Below are positions 20,923 through 33,274 of a stretch of DNA of 56,689 nt, piece after piece; the stretch's first letter is position 1, and each line of letters opens with the position of its first letter. Position numbers and translations under genes: made by a program. The notes beneath the pieces were generated by a model. The model searched no databases. It was not told the DNA's origin and saw only the letters and a list, made by a program, of their open reading frames with translations. Origin of the DNA: an uncultured Candidatus Saccharibacteria bacterium (GTDB lineage: Bacteria > Patescibacteriota > Minisyncoccia > UBA6257 > CAYRSR01); the NCBI GenBank assembly GCA_964427275.1, contig CAYRSR010000005.1, positions 1-56,689 of the forward strand, written 5' to 3'.

Positions 20923-21978
20923 TTAAAAATAAGTTTCGAGCCTAGCTATTATGCCCAAAAGTAAGCAATTTGTCAATAGGCTGGATCCCCCATAACTAAC
21001 TAATGGTAGAGTAGTTCCAACTACCGGAAACAACCCAAGACTTGAACCAACATTTATAAAAAAATGAATTGAAAAGACTATCATAGCTCCCAGACAAAGA
21101 AATCTTTCCTGGTTAGAAAAGCTTCTGAGTCCAATTCTAGAGATTCTCCAAACCAAAGCTAAATAGGTCAGAATTAATCCAATTCCAGCTATTATCCCCC
21201 ATTCTTCAATTATGGCGCTAAAAATAAAATCAGTTTGAGCTTCTGGAAGGAATCCTAGTTGTACCTGAGTACCTTGTCTAAATCCCTTACCAAAAAATCC
21301 GGCCGAACCTATAGCTACTTTGGATTGAATGACATTATAACTTGCACCTAAAGGATCTCTATAAGGAAATAGAAAACTAATTATCCGACTTTTTTGATAA
21401 GGCTTAAGGAGAAAAACAAAGCTAATAGTAAAAATCAAAACAAAAACTATCAGACCAATTAAAATCCTGCTAGCTTTTAATCCACTAGACAATAAAAATC
21501 CACCCCAAATGCCAGTCAAAATTAAAACCGTTCCTAAATCTGGCTGGAGTAATACTAATCCACCTGGAACAGCCAAAAATAAAAAGGAAATAAAAATGTT
21601 TTTAAATCTAGATGCCTCAAAATGACGTTTGGTAAAAAAACTAGCTAAAAGAAAAATTAGAGACAATTTAGCTAGTTCGCTAGTCTGGAAATTGAAATTT
21701 CCAATTTTTAACCAGCTTTTTACTCCCCGAATTGGAGTAGAGAATAAGGTTAATAAAAGTAAAAAGATTGTTAAGCCATAAAAACCAAAAATAAACCAGT
21801 TTTGAGTAAACAACCACTTCCAGTTTACTTTCAAACTAAGAAACATTAAACCCAAACCAATCACAGCATGTAGAAGTTGTAGTTTAAATCGATGAATATC
21901 TGTACTGAACAGTGAAATTAAGCCTGCTGATATCAAAACAACTACACAAAGAATTAAAATCTGATCAATTCTTTTCAT
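20923..21978 (-). CDS. rodA: SEDS peptidoglycan polymerase, RodA/FtsW family
   Basis: FQTSELAK, QPDLGT, YQKSRI, LPEAQTDFIFS, LPLVSYGGSS. Confidence 0.9.
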   Translation of the reverse strand: MKRIDQILILCVVVLISAGLISLFSTDIHRFKLQLLHAVIGLGLMFLSLKVNWKWLFTQNWFIFGFYGLTIFLLLLTLFSTPIRGVKSWLKIGNFNFQTSELAKLSLIFLLASFFTKRHFEASRFKNIFISFLFLAVPGGLVLLQPDLGTVLILTGIWGGFLLSSGLKASRILIGLIVFVLIFTISFVFLLKPYQKSRIISFLFPYRDPLGASYNVIQSKVAIGSAGFFGKGFRQGTQVQLGFLPEAQTDFIFSAIIEEWGIIAGIGLILTYLALVWRISRIGLRSFSNQERFLCLGAMIVFSIHFFINVGSSLGLFPVVGTTLPLVSYGGSSLLTNCLLLGIIARLETYF

Positions 21979-21993
21979 TATGTAATCAAGTAT

Positions 21994-22998
21994 TTACCAT
22001 CTGGCTTCAACAAAAATCTCGGTAGTTAAAGACTCAAGATTAAACCTTGGTTTTGTCTCTTTAGTAATCAAATAATTAACATAATCTCTAGTAGATTTTC
22101 CAAAATAACCAGTTCCGGAACTAAGGCCAAGTGGCTTAAGAATCTCATCTGAATGGAGTTCCTGAAACTTTTTAACTGCTATCTTTGTTAAGTAGCCAAA
22201 GTATTCAGTCTCATTACCAGGAGAACCTGGACCACTTTCAGCAACTCTGGTTAAAGGGTTTTGATTTAAAAACTTTTGTAACTCCTTAACCTGAGGACTT
22301 CTGGAACCTAATTTCAGATCTTGATTGAAAACTAATTTTGGTTTAGGTTCCTCTTTAATTTGAGTAAGTTCCACTGGAATAATTACAATAAAATCTCTTT
22401 TATCTCCAGCTTCAATTTCATTAAAAAAGCTGTTTGAAGCTCCAATTAACTTTCCTTCCTTAAATAAACCAACAATTATCTTCACATCTTTCAGACTTAA
22501 GCCTTCTCGATTTAAAATCTTTCCTTGAACATAAATTTTTTTACCTTGCCTGGTTTTAACTATAGAAACAGCTTCTATTCTTGGAGAAAGCCTATCAGAT
22601 TTTTCAAACCGGGCTTCCTCAATACTTAGGTTTACAAAACTAACATCCTTTGTTGAAATAGTTACAGCTGGAATAATCACATACTTACGTTGACCAGGAT
22701 AAATAAAGGAACTTGCTTCCACGCTTTTTAAAAGCGTCCCAAATGACCCAAATATATCAAGTTTATAATTAAACTCAGCTAGAGCGTTTAAATTAGGATT
22801 TACAATCTCACCTAAAAGAGTAAGCTTGTTGGGTAAGGTAGTATAATCAAACCAGCTTACTTTCAATGGTTTAAACTGAATTTCTGACTCTGGCTTTGGT
22901 TTTGGTTTCCTTAAAGGAAGGTAAACCAATGTAAAAATTAGACCAAAAAAGAAAAGAAAAAAGAATATATAAATTAACTGTTTAATCCTTCGATTCAC
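21994..22998 (-). CDS. Membrane-anchored protein with FxLYD-like beta domains and an inserted peptidoglycan-binding domain
   Basis: N-terminal TM; DLKLGSRSPQVKELQKFLN...YFGYLTKIAVKKFQ is a PG_binding_1-like segment. Confidence 0.6.
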   Translation of the reverse strand: MNRRIKQLIYIFFFLFFFGLIFTLVYLPLRKPKPKPESEIQFKPLKVSWFDYTTLPNKLTLLGEIVNPNLNALAEFNYKLDIFGSFGTLLKSVEASSFIYPGQRKYVIIPAVTISTKDVSFVNLSIEEARFEKSDRLSPRIEAVSIVKTRQGKKIYVQGKILNREGLSLKDVKIIVGLFKEGKLIGASNSFFNEIEAGDKRDFIVIIPVELTQIKEEPKPKLVFNQDLKLGSRSPQVKELQKFLNQNPLTRVAESGPGSPGNETEYFGYLTKIAVKKFQELHSDEILKPLGLSSGTGYFGKSTRDYVNYLITKETKPRFNLESLTTEIFVEARW

Positions 22999-23085
22999 AG
23001 TAGTAAAAATAAAAACCTCATCAAGTGTTTACTAAACTAAGAAAGCATTAAAGTATTTAAAATAAAACAAACAATAAAAATTAAT

Positions 23086-23200
23086 GGTTCCTGGCAAACC
23101 TTACTTTCACTCCGAAGAATTATCATCAGGGTCATGTACTTTCACTTCTCTGTTCGGAATGGAAAGAGGTGGGTCATACATGACTAAATCACCAGGAACC
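23086..23200 (-). rRNA. rrf: 5S rRNA
   Basis: Terminal stem GGTTCCTGG/CCAGGAACC; conserved CCATTCCGAAC...GAAGTGAA; directly downstream of 23S. Confidence 0.93.
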
Positions 23201-23228
23201 AAAATTATTTAAAAACCACTTAGATGTG

Positions 23229-26362
<3,134 letters not shown>

Positions 26363-26397
26363 ACATCTAAGAGGCTTTTATCTACCTTAATTTTAAC

Positions 26398-26409
26398 TTT
26401 TAAAGAACT
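26398..26409 (-). promoter_or_regulatory. boxA-like rRNA antitermination element
   Basis: AGTTCTTTAAAA in the leader, preceded by a CCCGC...GCGGG hairpin; nusB is encoded in this window. Confidence 0.5.
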
Positions 26410-26530
26410 TCTTTTCAGATATAAAAACCCGCCTTCTCAAGCTTAAGTTAACTAAGTCTATTTTGAAAGCGGGCTCTACAGCAACTAATTCAACCAAGCA
26501 CCCGCTTCAGCAAGCTTTTCTCATACTAAT

Positions 26531-26561
26531 ATTATAATAAGGAATCAAATAAAAATGTCAA
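26531..26561 (-). promoter_or_regulatory. Promoter of the 23S-5S unit
   Basis: TTGACA (26561-26556) with TATTAT at 16 bp or TATAAT at 19 bp, about 170 bp upstream of the 23S 5' end. Confidence 0.65.
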
Positions 26562-26571
26562 CCCTGTACCA

Positions 26572-26850
26572 AATTTAAAATTTAAAAATCAAAAATTAAA
26601 ATGGCAGTTAAAAATTTAAAATTGGCAAATTTCAAAATTACACCAAGCCATAGTTAAATTTAAAATGTAAATATCAAAAATCAAAATGACAATTTAAAAT
26701 TCAAAATGATTTAATGTTAAAATTTATAAATTGGTAATTGAAAATTGATTGAAAATTAGAAATTAAAAATTGAAAATGATAGATGGCAAATATCTAAAAT
26801 CTTATTAACAAATTTCACGATCGTGAAAAATGTTAATAAGAAAAATTTAG
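26572..26850. repeat. Heptamer-phased AT-rich run plus 40-bp palindrome (composite repeat copy 2)
   Basis: AAAATTY/GAAAATT-type units over 26572-26790; palindrome at 26801-26840. Confidence 0.8.
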
Positions 26851-26880
26851 CTTCAATAATGAACCAATAATTTAAAACTA

Positions 26881-27000
26881 GTATTTATCAACCATTATGG
26901 AAGTCAACCATTATGGAAGTTCAACTCCCATAATTGGGAGGAATAAACTCCCAAAAGTCAGTATTTATCAGCCATTATAGGAGTCGAACTTCCATAATGG
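26881..27000. repeat. CCATTATGGAAG direct/inverted repeat cluster
   Basis: 16-bp tandem at 26889-26920; 14-bp inverted repeat 26908-26921/26987-27000; 25-bp imperfect direct repeat at 26881 and 26961. Confidence 0.8.
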
Positions 27001-27048
27001 GATTGTCTTGAAAAGATTTGGTTTAAAAATTTGAGAGATGGATTTTGG

Positions 27049-27492
27049 TTATTTTTCCTCAGGTTCTTCTATTTTTTCTAAACGAATATCTTCATAACCT
27101 CTGCGCTTGCCAACAATTTGGTAATCAAAGCAAGCATTGGATTTACCATTATTTACTTCTTTAACCACAAAATAATTTTTATTTCTTTCAGCTATATAAA
27201 CACCATTACAATCATCTAATAAGCTAATAAAGACCATATATGGCTCTTTTTCGCTTATTGCTTCAGCAAAAATAGGATCTAATTCTATTTTGGCTGTTCC
27301 ATTTTTTAATTGACTTGAGCCAAAATCAGAAAACCAATGTTCAGTAGCCTCTTGAGAATAAAAGGCAAATCTACCAAAAGAAGTATCAGCAGCCGAAGAT
27401 TTAGAAGTAGCGTAAAAAGAACCATTGACATAGAGCTTGTAACTACCCGGATTCGTCGTCCCGATGCCGACGTTGCCGGAAGAATCAACAAC
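27049..27492 (-). pseudogene. Start-less 147-codon alternative C-terminal fibre cassette
   Basis: Open frame VVDSSGNVGIGTTNPG...EHWFSDFG...KRRGYEDIRLE bounded upstream by in-frame TAA at 27493-95; the 62-aa track ORF is only its tail. Confidence 0.8.
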
Positions 27493-28209
27493 TTAATTCT
27501 CTATGCTTTGCGTTACATTATGGAAGCTACAGACAATCTGGCCTCGCAATAATCTGAATTTCCTTCACAAGAAGAATATATAGTTCCCCCATCTACTTTC
27601 TTCCATTGCACTTTGATAGTATGTGCTCCAGCACTTAAATTTCCAACATAATGCAGATTTACATTATGCTGATCACCAGTATCCATTATTCTAACATGAG
27701 TTCGTGCAACTACTGCCCCATCAATTGTAATACGAAAATTATGCCTACCACTCTCACTTCGACATGTTACATCTGTATATAAAATTATCACATCCCCTCC
27801 AGTCCAAGTTGAGGGGATAGATATTGTCATATCAGGCACATCAGTCCAACTTGTGCTTGTAGTCGCTGCCTGTGAAGTTCTGAAAACTGATAATGCTAAC
27901 CTGGAACTCCCTGGGAGAACCTTCTCAGAAACTTTAAGATTCCCTACTACCTCCAACTTTACCCCCGGACTCGTCGTCCCGATGCCGACGTTGCCACTGC
28001 CTTTTATAACGAAAAGACTTTGTGGTGAATAGTCAGTGTTGTCCACAACTTTAAACAACTCCTTACTGTCGCTTGTATCCTCAGTATTCTCTACAATAAG
28101 TCCGTAACCATTTGCGTTTTGTTGCCTAATCCTCGCAACCCAACCAGTTATATTTTCGTAGACTGATAGCTTATTGGGTGGACTTGTCGTCCCAATGCCA
28201 ACATTACCT
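27457..28209. repeat. GC-rich GNVGIGTT-coding direct repeats, locus 1
   Basis: CGTCCCGATGCCGACGTTGCC exact at 27457-27477 and 27975-27995; degenerate copy at 28180-28209. Confidence 0.9.
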
Positions 28210-28649
28210 GGAAAAGAATAGTCTCCTCCCCCAGTATTGGAACCAAATTCACCTGCAGAAACATTAGCCGCTGAAACAGTTCCACCAGTATAAGTGGTTA
28301 AATCAAATTCATTTCCTGAAGAGTCTTTAAAATATAATTTGCCATCATCAGCCTTAACATAAACTTTTCCATAACCAGTAGTAGCCGAAGGAGGAGTAGA
28401 AACTTCATCTAAACTCAATACACCTTCTACAGTTAATTTTTCATTAGCTGAATTAGTTCCTATTCCAACATTTCCATCAGATTTAATAAAAATAGTTTGA
28501 GCTGGAGCATTTTCTTCTGAACCAATTACACCAGCTCCTTCAGGAGGATTCTGAGCTGGGTTACTAAAACCAGAAATAATAACTACCGCAATTAGAGAAG
28601 CAATCACCCCAACTAAAATAGAAATCAATAATTTAGTAACTTTATCCAT
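27513..28649 (-). CDS. Membrane-anchored fibre/adhesin-like protein with three GNVGIGT repeats and a beta-rich C-terminal domain
   Basis: N-terminal hydrophobic anchor; GNVGIGT repeats like those of phage tail-fibre proteins; C-terminal beta-sandwich-like domain. Confidence 0.65.
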   Translation of the reverse strand: MDKVTKLLISILVGVIASLIAVVIISGFSNPAQNPPEGAGVIGSEENAPAQTIFIKSDGNVGIGTNSANEKLTVEGVLSLDEVSTPPSATTGYGKVYVKADDGKLYFKDSSGNEFDLTTYTGGTVSAANVSAGEFGSNTGGGDYSFPGNVGIGTTSPPNKLSVYENITGWVARIRQQNANGYGLIVENTEDTSDSKELFKVVDNTDYSPQSLFVIKGSGNVGIGTTSPGVKLEVVGNLKVSEKVLPGSSRLALSVFRTSQAATTSTSWTDVPDMTISIPSTWTGGDVIILYTDVTCRSESGRHNFRITIDGAVVARTHVRIMDTGDQHNVNLHYVGNLSAGAHTIKVQWKKVDGGTIYSSCEGNSDYCEARLSVASIM

Positions 28650-28703
28650 ACTGACTTATTATAAAATAAAAAACTAATAGATGCAAAGAGAGTAAGTTTT
28701 AAT

Positions 28704-29222
28704 TTATGGTCTTACTACCAATATTCCTTCTACCTTAGCCTGACAGGTTTTACAGTAAAACTTAAACTTTCCTGCTTTTACAGCCTGAAATTCAATAACT
28801 TTAATTTCATCTGCTGCAGCTGTTTGGGACATACTATAATCAGGAATAGTTAAGTCGTAAGTTTTATCTTTAGCAGTAAAATCAATATGGACAATGTCAT
28901 TTTTATTTACAATTATTTTACTCGGCAAATATTCATCATTATTAGCAGTAATATCAAAAGAACGAAGCTTAGATGCTACTCCAGGAACAGCCTCAACAGA
29001 AACTTTAGGAATAGCGATTTCAACCGATTCTGGCTTCTCACCTGGTTCAGGAACTTTTATTCGTTTAAGTTCCAGTAACTCTTTCATTTGAAAAGAGGAT
29101 TTGAAGGGTTGAACTTGAACCAAATCAGATCTTAGTCTAATAACTTTAGTAATTAAACCAACAACAATTAGAATGACTAATGATAAGCCCAGTAAACTAA
29201 TTAAAACCTTTTTTTGATTCAT
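28704..29222 (-). CDS. Membrane-anchored cupredoxin-like domain protein
   Basis: N-terminal TM; YLPSKIIVNKND..V.I.F and GKFKFYC cupredoxin-type strands. Confidence 0.65.
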   Translation of the reverse strand: MNQKKVLISLLGLSLVILIVVGLITKVIRLRSDLVQVQPFKSSFQMKELLELKRIKVPEPGEKPESVEIAIPKVSVEAVPGVASKLRSFDITANNDEYLPSKIIVNKNDIVHIDFTAKDKTYDLTIPDYSMSQTAAADEIKVIEFQAVKAGKFKFYCKTCQAKVEGILVVRP

Positions 29223-29235
29223 AGTTAAATATTAG

Positions 29236-31632
29236 TTAAATCGTTAAAGTTAACTTTCTTTTTGGAAGTAAAGAATAAACTTTTTTATTTATTTCTATTA
29301 GTACTGGAGAAGTTTCAGATTGACTTAAAAACAAGCTAATTTTTTTCCGAGTTAGAGACAAATTAATACGTTTTCCCTGGTATGAAAAATCAAACTTTAG
29401 TTTTTGCCATTTTTGAGGAAGGCGGGGATTAATTCTTACTTTATCTTCTAGAAGCTTGACACCGGCAAAACCACGAATAACTAAATCAATTGAACCTCCC
29501 ATAGTACCGATATGAATTCCTTCTTGAGTAGTTCCCTGTTGGATATCACAAATATCTGAACTTAAAACTTTTTGAAACCAATCCCAGCTCTGTTTTGGTT
29601 GATTTAAAATAATGGAGATAAAACCATGAACTATTGGACTTAAAGTTGAGCCATGGCTGGTTCTCTTCAAATAATAATTATAATTTTTTCTCAACAATTT
29701 CAGATTAAAGTAATAACCTAGTCGTTTAAATAATTCGATTATCTCATCTAAGGGTAAAAGATAGAAAATCATTAATGCGTCAGCCTGTTTGATAATTTTA
29801 TACTCATCCGGAGATTTCCCTTCTGCTTTCAAAATTCTATCCATTCTCTGAATGTTTCCATATTTCCGCCGATATCTGGCTAGATTTAACTCTTTTAATT
29901 TGAAATAACCATCAAATTGAGAAATAATTCCATCTTTATTTATTATTAGCTTCATTTTCCTGCTAATCTCATCCCATTTTTTAAGTTCTGATTCAGTTAA
30001 ATTTAATTTATCTAAAATTCTTTTTCTAGCTGATGGAGGTAAAATTTCTAGAACTTTTTCAGCTTTAATTAAAGTCCAGGCAATCATTAAGTTAGTATAC
30101 GCATTATCCTTTAAGCCCGGAGTTTTTGAGTCTGGATATTTTTCATGAAATTCATCCGGTCCCATCACTTTTCTAGTATGATACCGCTTATCTTTTGAAT
30201 CATAATAAACTAAACTTGCTGCAAACCTAGCTATAGAAAGTAGCATTTCGGCACCATAATTTACCAAAAAGTCCAAATCAGCAGTTCGATTCCAGTGCTG
30301 CCAAACGTTATAGGCAATGGCAAAGGAAACATGTCTCTGATATCTACTATAATCTGGACCCCACCTTCCTGAAATTGGATTAAGATGCCAGGGTTGAGTT
30401 CTTTCCTCTCCAGTAGAACCACTATTCCAGGGAAACATTGCCCCACGATAGCCATTTTCTCTGGCATATTTTCTGGCCGCATCTAAACGTCGGTATCTAT
30501 ATAAAAGCAAAGCTTTAGCAACTTCAGGGAGATTGAAATCATAAAACGGTAAGGCAAAAATCTCGTCCCAAAATATTAATCCCCGATAAGATTCTCCATG
30601 TAATCCCCTAGCTGGCAGTCCTGCATCAATGTTTTTATTATGAATTGATGCTGTTTGAAGAAGATGAAATATATGCAATCGAATCACTTTCTGAGAAAAA
30701 TTGTCTCCGACTATCTGAATATCGCACTTTTTCCACAAATCTTTCCAGGTTTCTTGATGAGATTTAAATAGTTCTGAAAATCTTTTAGTCTGCTTAACTG
30801 AATTTATTGCTGAAACAACTAGATCTTTTTCTTTATCTCTAGAAGTATAAATTGAAACAATTTTTTCAATCAGATAAGATTGCTTTGGTTTAGCCAGAAA
30901 ACTAAATTGCCGACTAACTTTTTCTGGTTGCAAAACAGAATAACTACTCTTAGCTCTAGCAGGTTGACCATTAATGTACAGCTGAGTTCTAGCTGCTTCA
31001 GCAATAACAATTTTTGAATTTTTAGTAATCATAGCCAGATACATTCCATTCTTTTCAAATTTTCCAAATTTAAAAGGTAAAAGATGTTTAGAATTTAGCT
31101 GACGATATCTTTCCACTCCAGTATTTTCCACACTACCATCCAAGGTTGAATTCACAGTTATCACCTGCTCATAATTCTGAGGAATAATCTCATAACTAAT
31201 TGCACCAAGATGAGGGTATTTCATATGAACAATTCTTTTAATATTAATATCAGTTATCTGATTATACTTATCTTTCAATCTGAGTTCCCAGTTAAGAAAT
31301 CCTTCTTTAAAATTTAAAGTTTGATTAAATTTTAATGTTTTGGTATTTAATAAGTTAATCCAATCTCCGGTTCCAATTTTAAACTCTAATTTAATCCAGT
31401 TAGGACAATTAACCATAGATTCATTAATTATGGTCCTGCCGGCAATCTTAGTAGAAAGTTCATTATAAACTCCAGCCAAGTAAGTTCCTGGATAATGAAT
31501 ATCAGAAGCATCGGCTTCGCAAAGTGCTCCACGAGTAGCAAAATAGCCATTCCCCAAAACACAAAGAGCTTCTCTTAACTTCTGTTTTTTTGGATTAAAA
31601 CTTTTATAAACCAAACTCCAGGTAGAACTCAT
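29236..31632 (-). CDS. GH65 disaccharide phosphorylase (trehalose/trehalose-6-phosphate phosphorylase-like)
   Basis: LGNGYFATRG, RGLHGESYRG..FWDE, catalytic GPDEFHE, KQAD and HGSTLS motifs. Confidence 0.9.
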   Translation of the reverse strand: MSSTWSLVYKSFNPKKQKLREALCVLGNGYFATRGALCEADASDIHYPGTYLAGVYNELSTKIAGRTIINESMVNCPNWIKLEFKIGTGDWINLLNTKTLKFNQTLNFKEGFLNWELRLKDKYNQITDINIKRIVHMKYPHLGAISYEIIPQNYEQVITVNSTLDGSVENTGVERYRQLNSKHLLPFKFGKFEKNGMYLAMITKNSKIVIAEAARTQLYINGQPARAKSSYSVLQPEKVSRQFSFLAKPKQSYLIEKIVSIYTSRDKEKDLVVSAINSVKQTKRFSELFKSHQETWKDLWKKCDIQIVGDNFSQKVIRLHIFHLLQTASIHNKNIDAGLPARGLHGESYRGLIFWDEIFALPFYDFNLPEVAKALLLYRYRRLDAARKYARENGYRGAMFPWNSGSTGEERTQPWHLNPISGRWGPDYSRYQRHVSFAIAYNVWQHWNRTADLDFLVNYGAEMLLSIARFAASLVYYDSKDKRYHTRKVMGPDEFHEKYPDSKTPGLKDNAYTNLMIAWTLIKAEKVLEILPPSARKRILDKLNLTESELKKWDEISRKMKLIINKDGIISQFDGYFKLKELNLARYRRKYGNIQRMDRILKAEGKSPDEYKIIKQADALMIFYLLPLDEIIELFKRLGYYFNLKLLRKNYNYYLKRTSHGSTLSPIVHGFISIILNQPKQSWDWFQKVLSSDICDIQQGTTQEGIHIGTMGGSIDLVIRGFAGVKLLEDKVRINPRLPQKWQKLKFDFSYQGKRINLSLTRKKISLFLSQSETSPVLIEINKKVYSLLPKRKLTLTI

Positions 31633-33194
31633 AACAACTTTTGAAACAATTCTTGAACCTGCTTAGGAGATGAAACTCTAAAATCTGCTGCCGAAGCTCT
31701 TGGTTTTTCTGAGACTAAAATTCCAGTTCCCCTGGTTCTGATTATTCTAAAAGCGTCTTCATCAGTAACATCGTCACCAACATAGATTACACTAAAGTCT
31801 CTAAAAGATATATTTAAAGTGGACATAATCCACTTAATTGCTTTTCCTTTGTTCCAATCAACATTTGGTAAAAGCTCAAAAACTTTTTTCCCCGACATTA
31901 ATCTTAAACCAGGATTGGTTTTAACTATATTTTTAACTATATCTCCAATTATATCTAGATATTTTTCTTGCTTCACCAATCGATAATGAATCGCCAAACT
32001 AAACTTTTTTTCTTCAATTATTAAGCCAGGAATACCCAACAATTCAGATTTAAGACCTTTAGCTAGTTTAGAAATTGTTGGAGCTATTTTTTCAGCCGAT
32101 GGATGAATCATAGATAAGTCTCTTCCTTTAATGTCAAATCCATGACTTCCAGCATAAAAAATACCAGGAATTTTTACCAGGTTTTCTACATCTTTTCTTT
32201 CTCTGCCACTTACTATTGCAACTACATAATGCTTGGATAACTCTTTTAATGTATCTCTCATTGACTCCGATAGCAAAGCCAGTTCCGGTCGACTAACTAT
32301 TGGAGTCAAAGTTCCATCATAATCCAGGAAAAAAACCGGCTTTCGATTATTTAAAGCTAACTTAAAACTTCGCTCGTAGCTTGAATTTACTAAAATTTTA
32401 TCAACTAAAAGATTTCCTAAATCTCTTGGTTTTTCCCAGAATTTAAACAGGTCAGCCGGTTTTAAGTTAAACCAACTTTTAATCCAGGCTACATTAATAT
32501 CTGACAGGTCAGTTACGACAATATCAGCTCCACAGTTCAGTAATTCTGACTGATTATTTTCCCTGGCCACTCCTATCACCAATCCAAAACCGCCGTTTCT
32601 GCCGGCTTCTACTCCGGAGGAGCTATCCTCTACAACTGCTAATTCAGCTGGGGCTATTCCCAGGTTATTTGCTGCAGTGACAAAAATATCCGATTCAGGT
32701 TTACCTTTAAGATTAAGTTTAGAAGAAACTAATCCATCTACTATTGTAGAAAATAAATCAGTAATTCCCAAGCTTTCTAAAATAAAACTGCCGTTTTTAG
32801 AAGAAGTAGCCAGTCCAACTTTTAAATTGTTCCTCTTAAGCTGGTTAATAAAATCAATCGAAGAGGGAAAAACTTCAGCACCTTCAGTTTGAATTATTCT
32901 TCTAAATAAAACATTTTTACGATTTCCAATTCCACAAATCGTTTCCTTGTCAGGGTCATCTTGAGAAGTTCCATAAGGAAGTCTTATACCTCTGGAATTT
33001 AAAAAACTTTTTACACCCTCATATCTTGGCTTACCATCTACGTAATCCAAATAATCCTTTTTTGTAAATGGCCTGAATGGTAAATTTAATTTTTTCAAAT
33101 AATCTTCAAAAGTTGATTTCCAGGCTCGAAAGTGAACTGAAGCAGTTTTGGTAATTACTCCATCTAGGTCAAAGATTACTCCCTTAAAATTCAT
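31629..33194 (-). CDS. Bifunctional HAD: beta-phosphoglucomutase-like plus trehalose-6-phosphate phosphatase
   Basis: N-terminal FDLDGVIT, GKPESD and VVEDS; C-terminal LDYDGTLTP, VSGR, GSHG and GDDVTDEDAF (OtsB type). Confidence 0.9.
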   Translation of the reverse strand: MNFKGVIFDLDGVITKTASVHFRAWKSTFEDYLKKLNLPFRPFTKKDYLDYVDGKPRYEGVKSFLNSRGIRLPYGTSQDDPDKETICGIGNRKNVLFRRIIQTEGAEVFPSSIDFINQLKRNNLKVGLATSSKNGSFILESLGITDLFSTIVDGLVSSKLNLKGKPESDIFVTAANNLGIAPAELAVVEDSSSGVEAGRNGGFGLVIGVARENNQSELLNCGADIVVTDLSDINVAWIKSWFNLKPADLFKFWEKPRDLGNLLVDKILVNSSYERSFKLALNNRKPVFFLDYDGTLTPIVSRPELALLSESMRDTLKELSKHYVVAIVSGRERKDVENLVKIPGIFYAGSHGFDIKGRDLSMIHPSAEKIAPTISKLAKGLKSELLGIPGLIIEEKKFSLAIHYRLVKQEKYLDIIGDIVKNIVKTNPGLRLMSGKKVFELLPNVDWNKGKAIKWIMSTLNISFRDFSVIYVGDDVTDEDAFRIIRTRGTGILVSEKPRASAADFRVSSPKQVQELFQKLL

Positions 33195-33222
33195 ATTGAT
33201 AAAATTAGCTGAAAATAAAGCA

Positions 33223-33262
33223 GAAAACTACCCAGTCCTAAAAACAGAACTGGGTAGCTTTC
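33223..33262 (-). terminator. Hairpin after the RRM gene
   Basis: GAAAACTACCCAGT...ACTGGGTAGCTTTC inverted repeat just past the stop. Confidence 0.65.
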
Positions 33263-33274
33263 TACCACAATCTT

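Noticed and set aside
27306-27552. Track ORFs 27306-27491 (-) and 27337-27552 (+)
   Set aside because: Alternate-frame and antisense shadows of the start-less fibre cassette.
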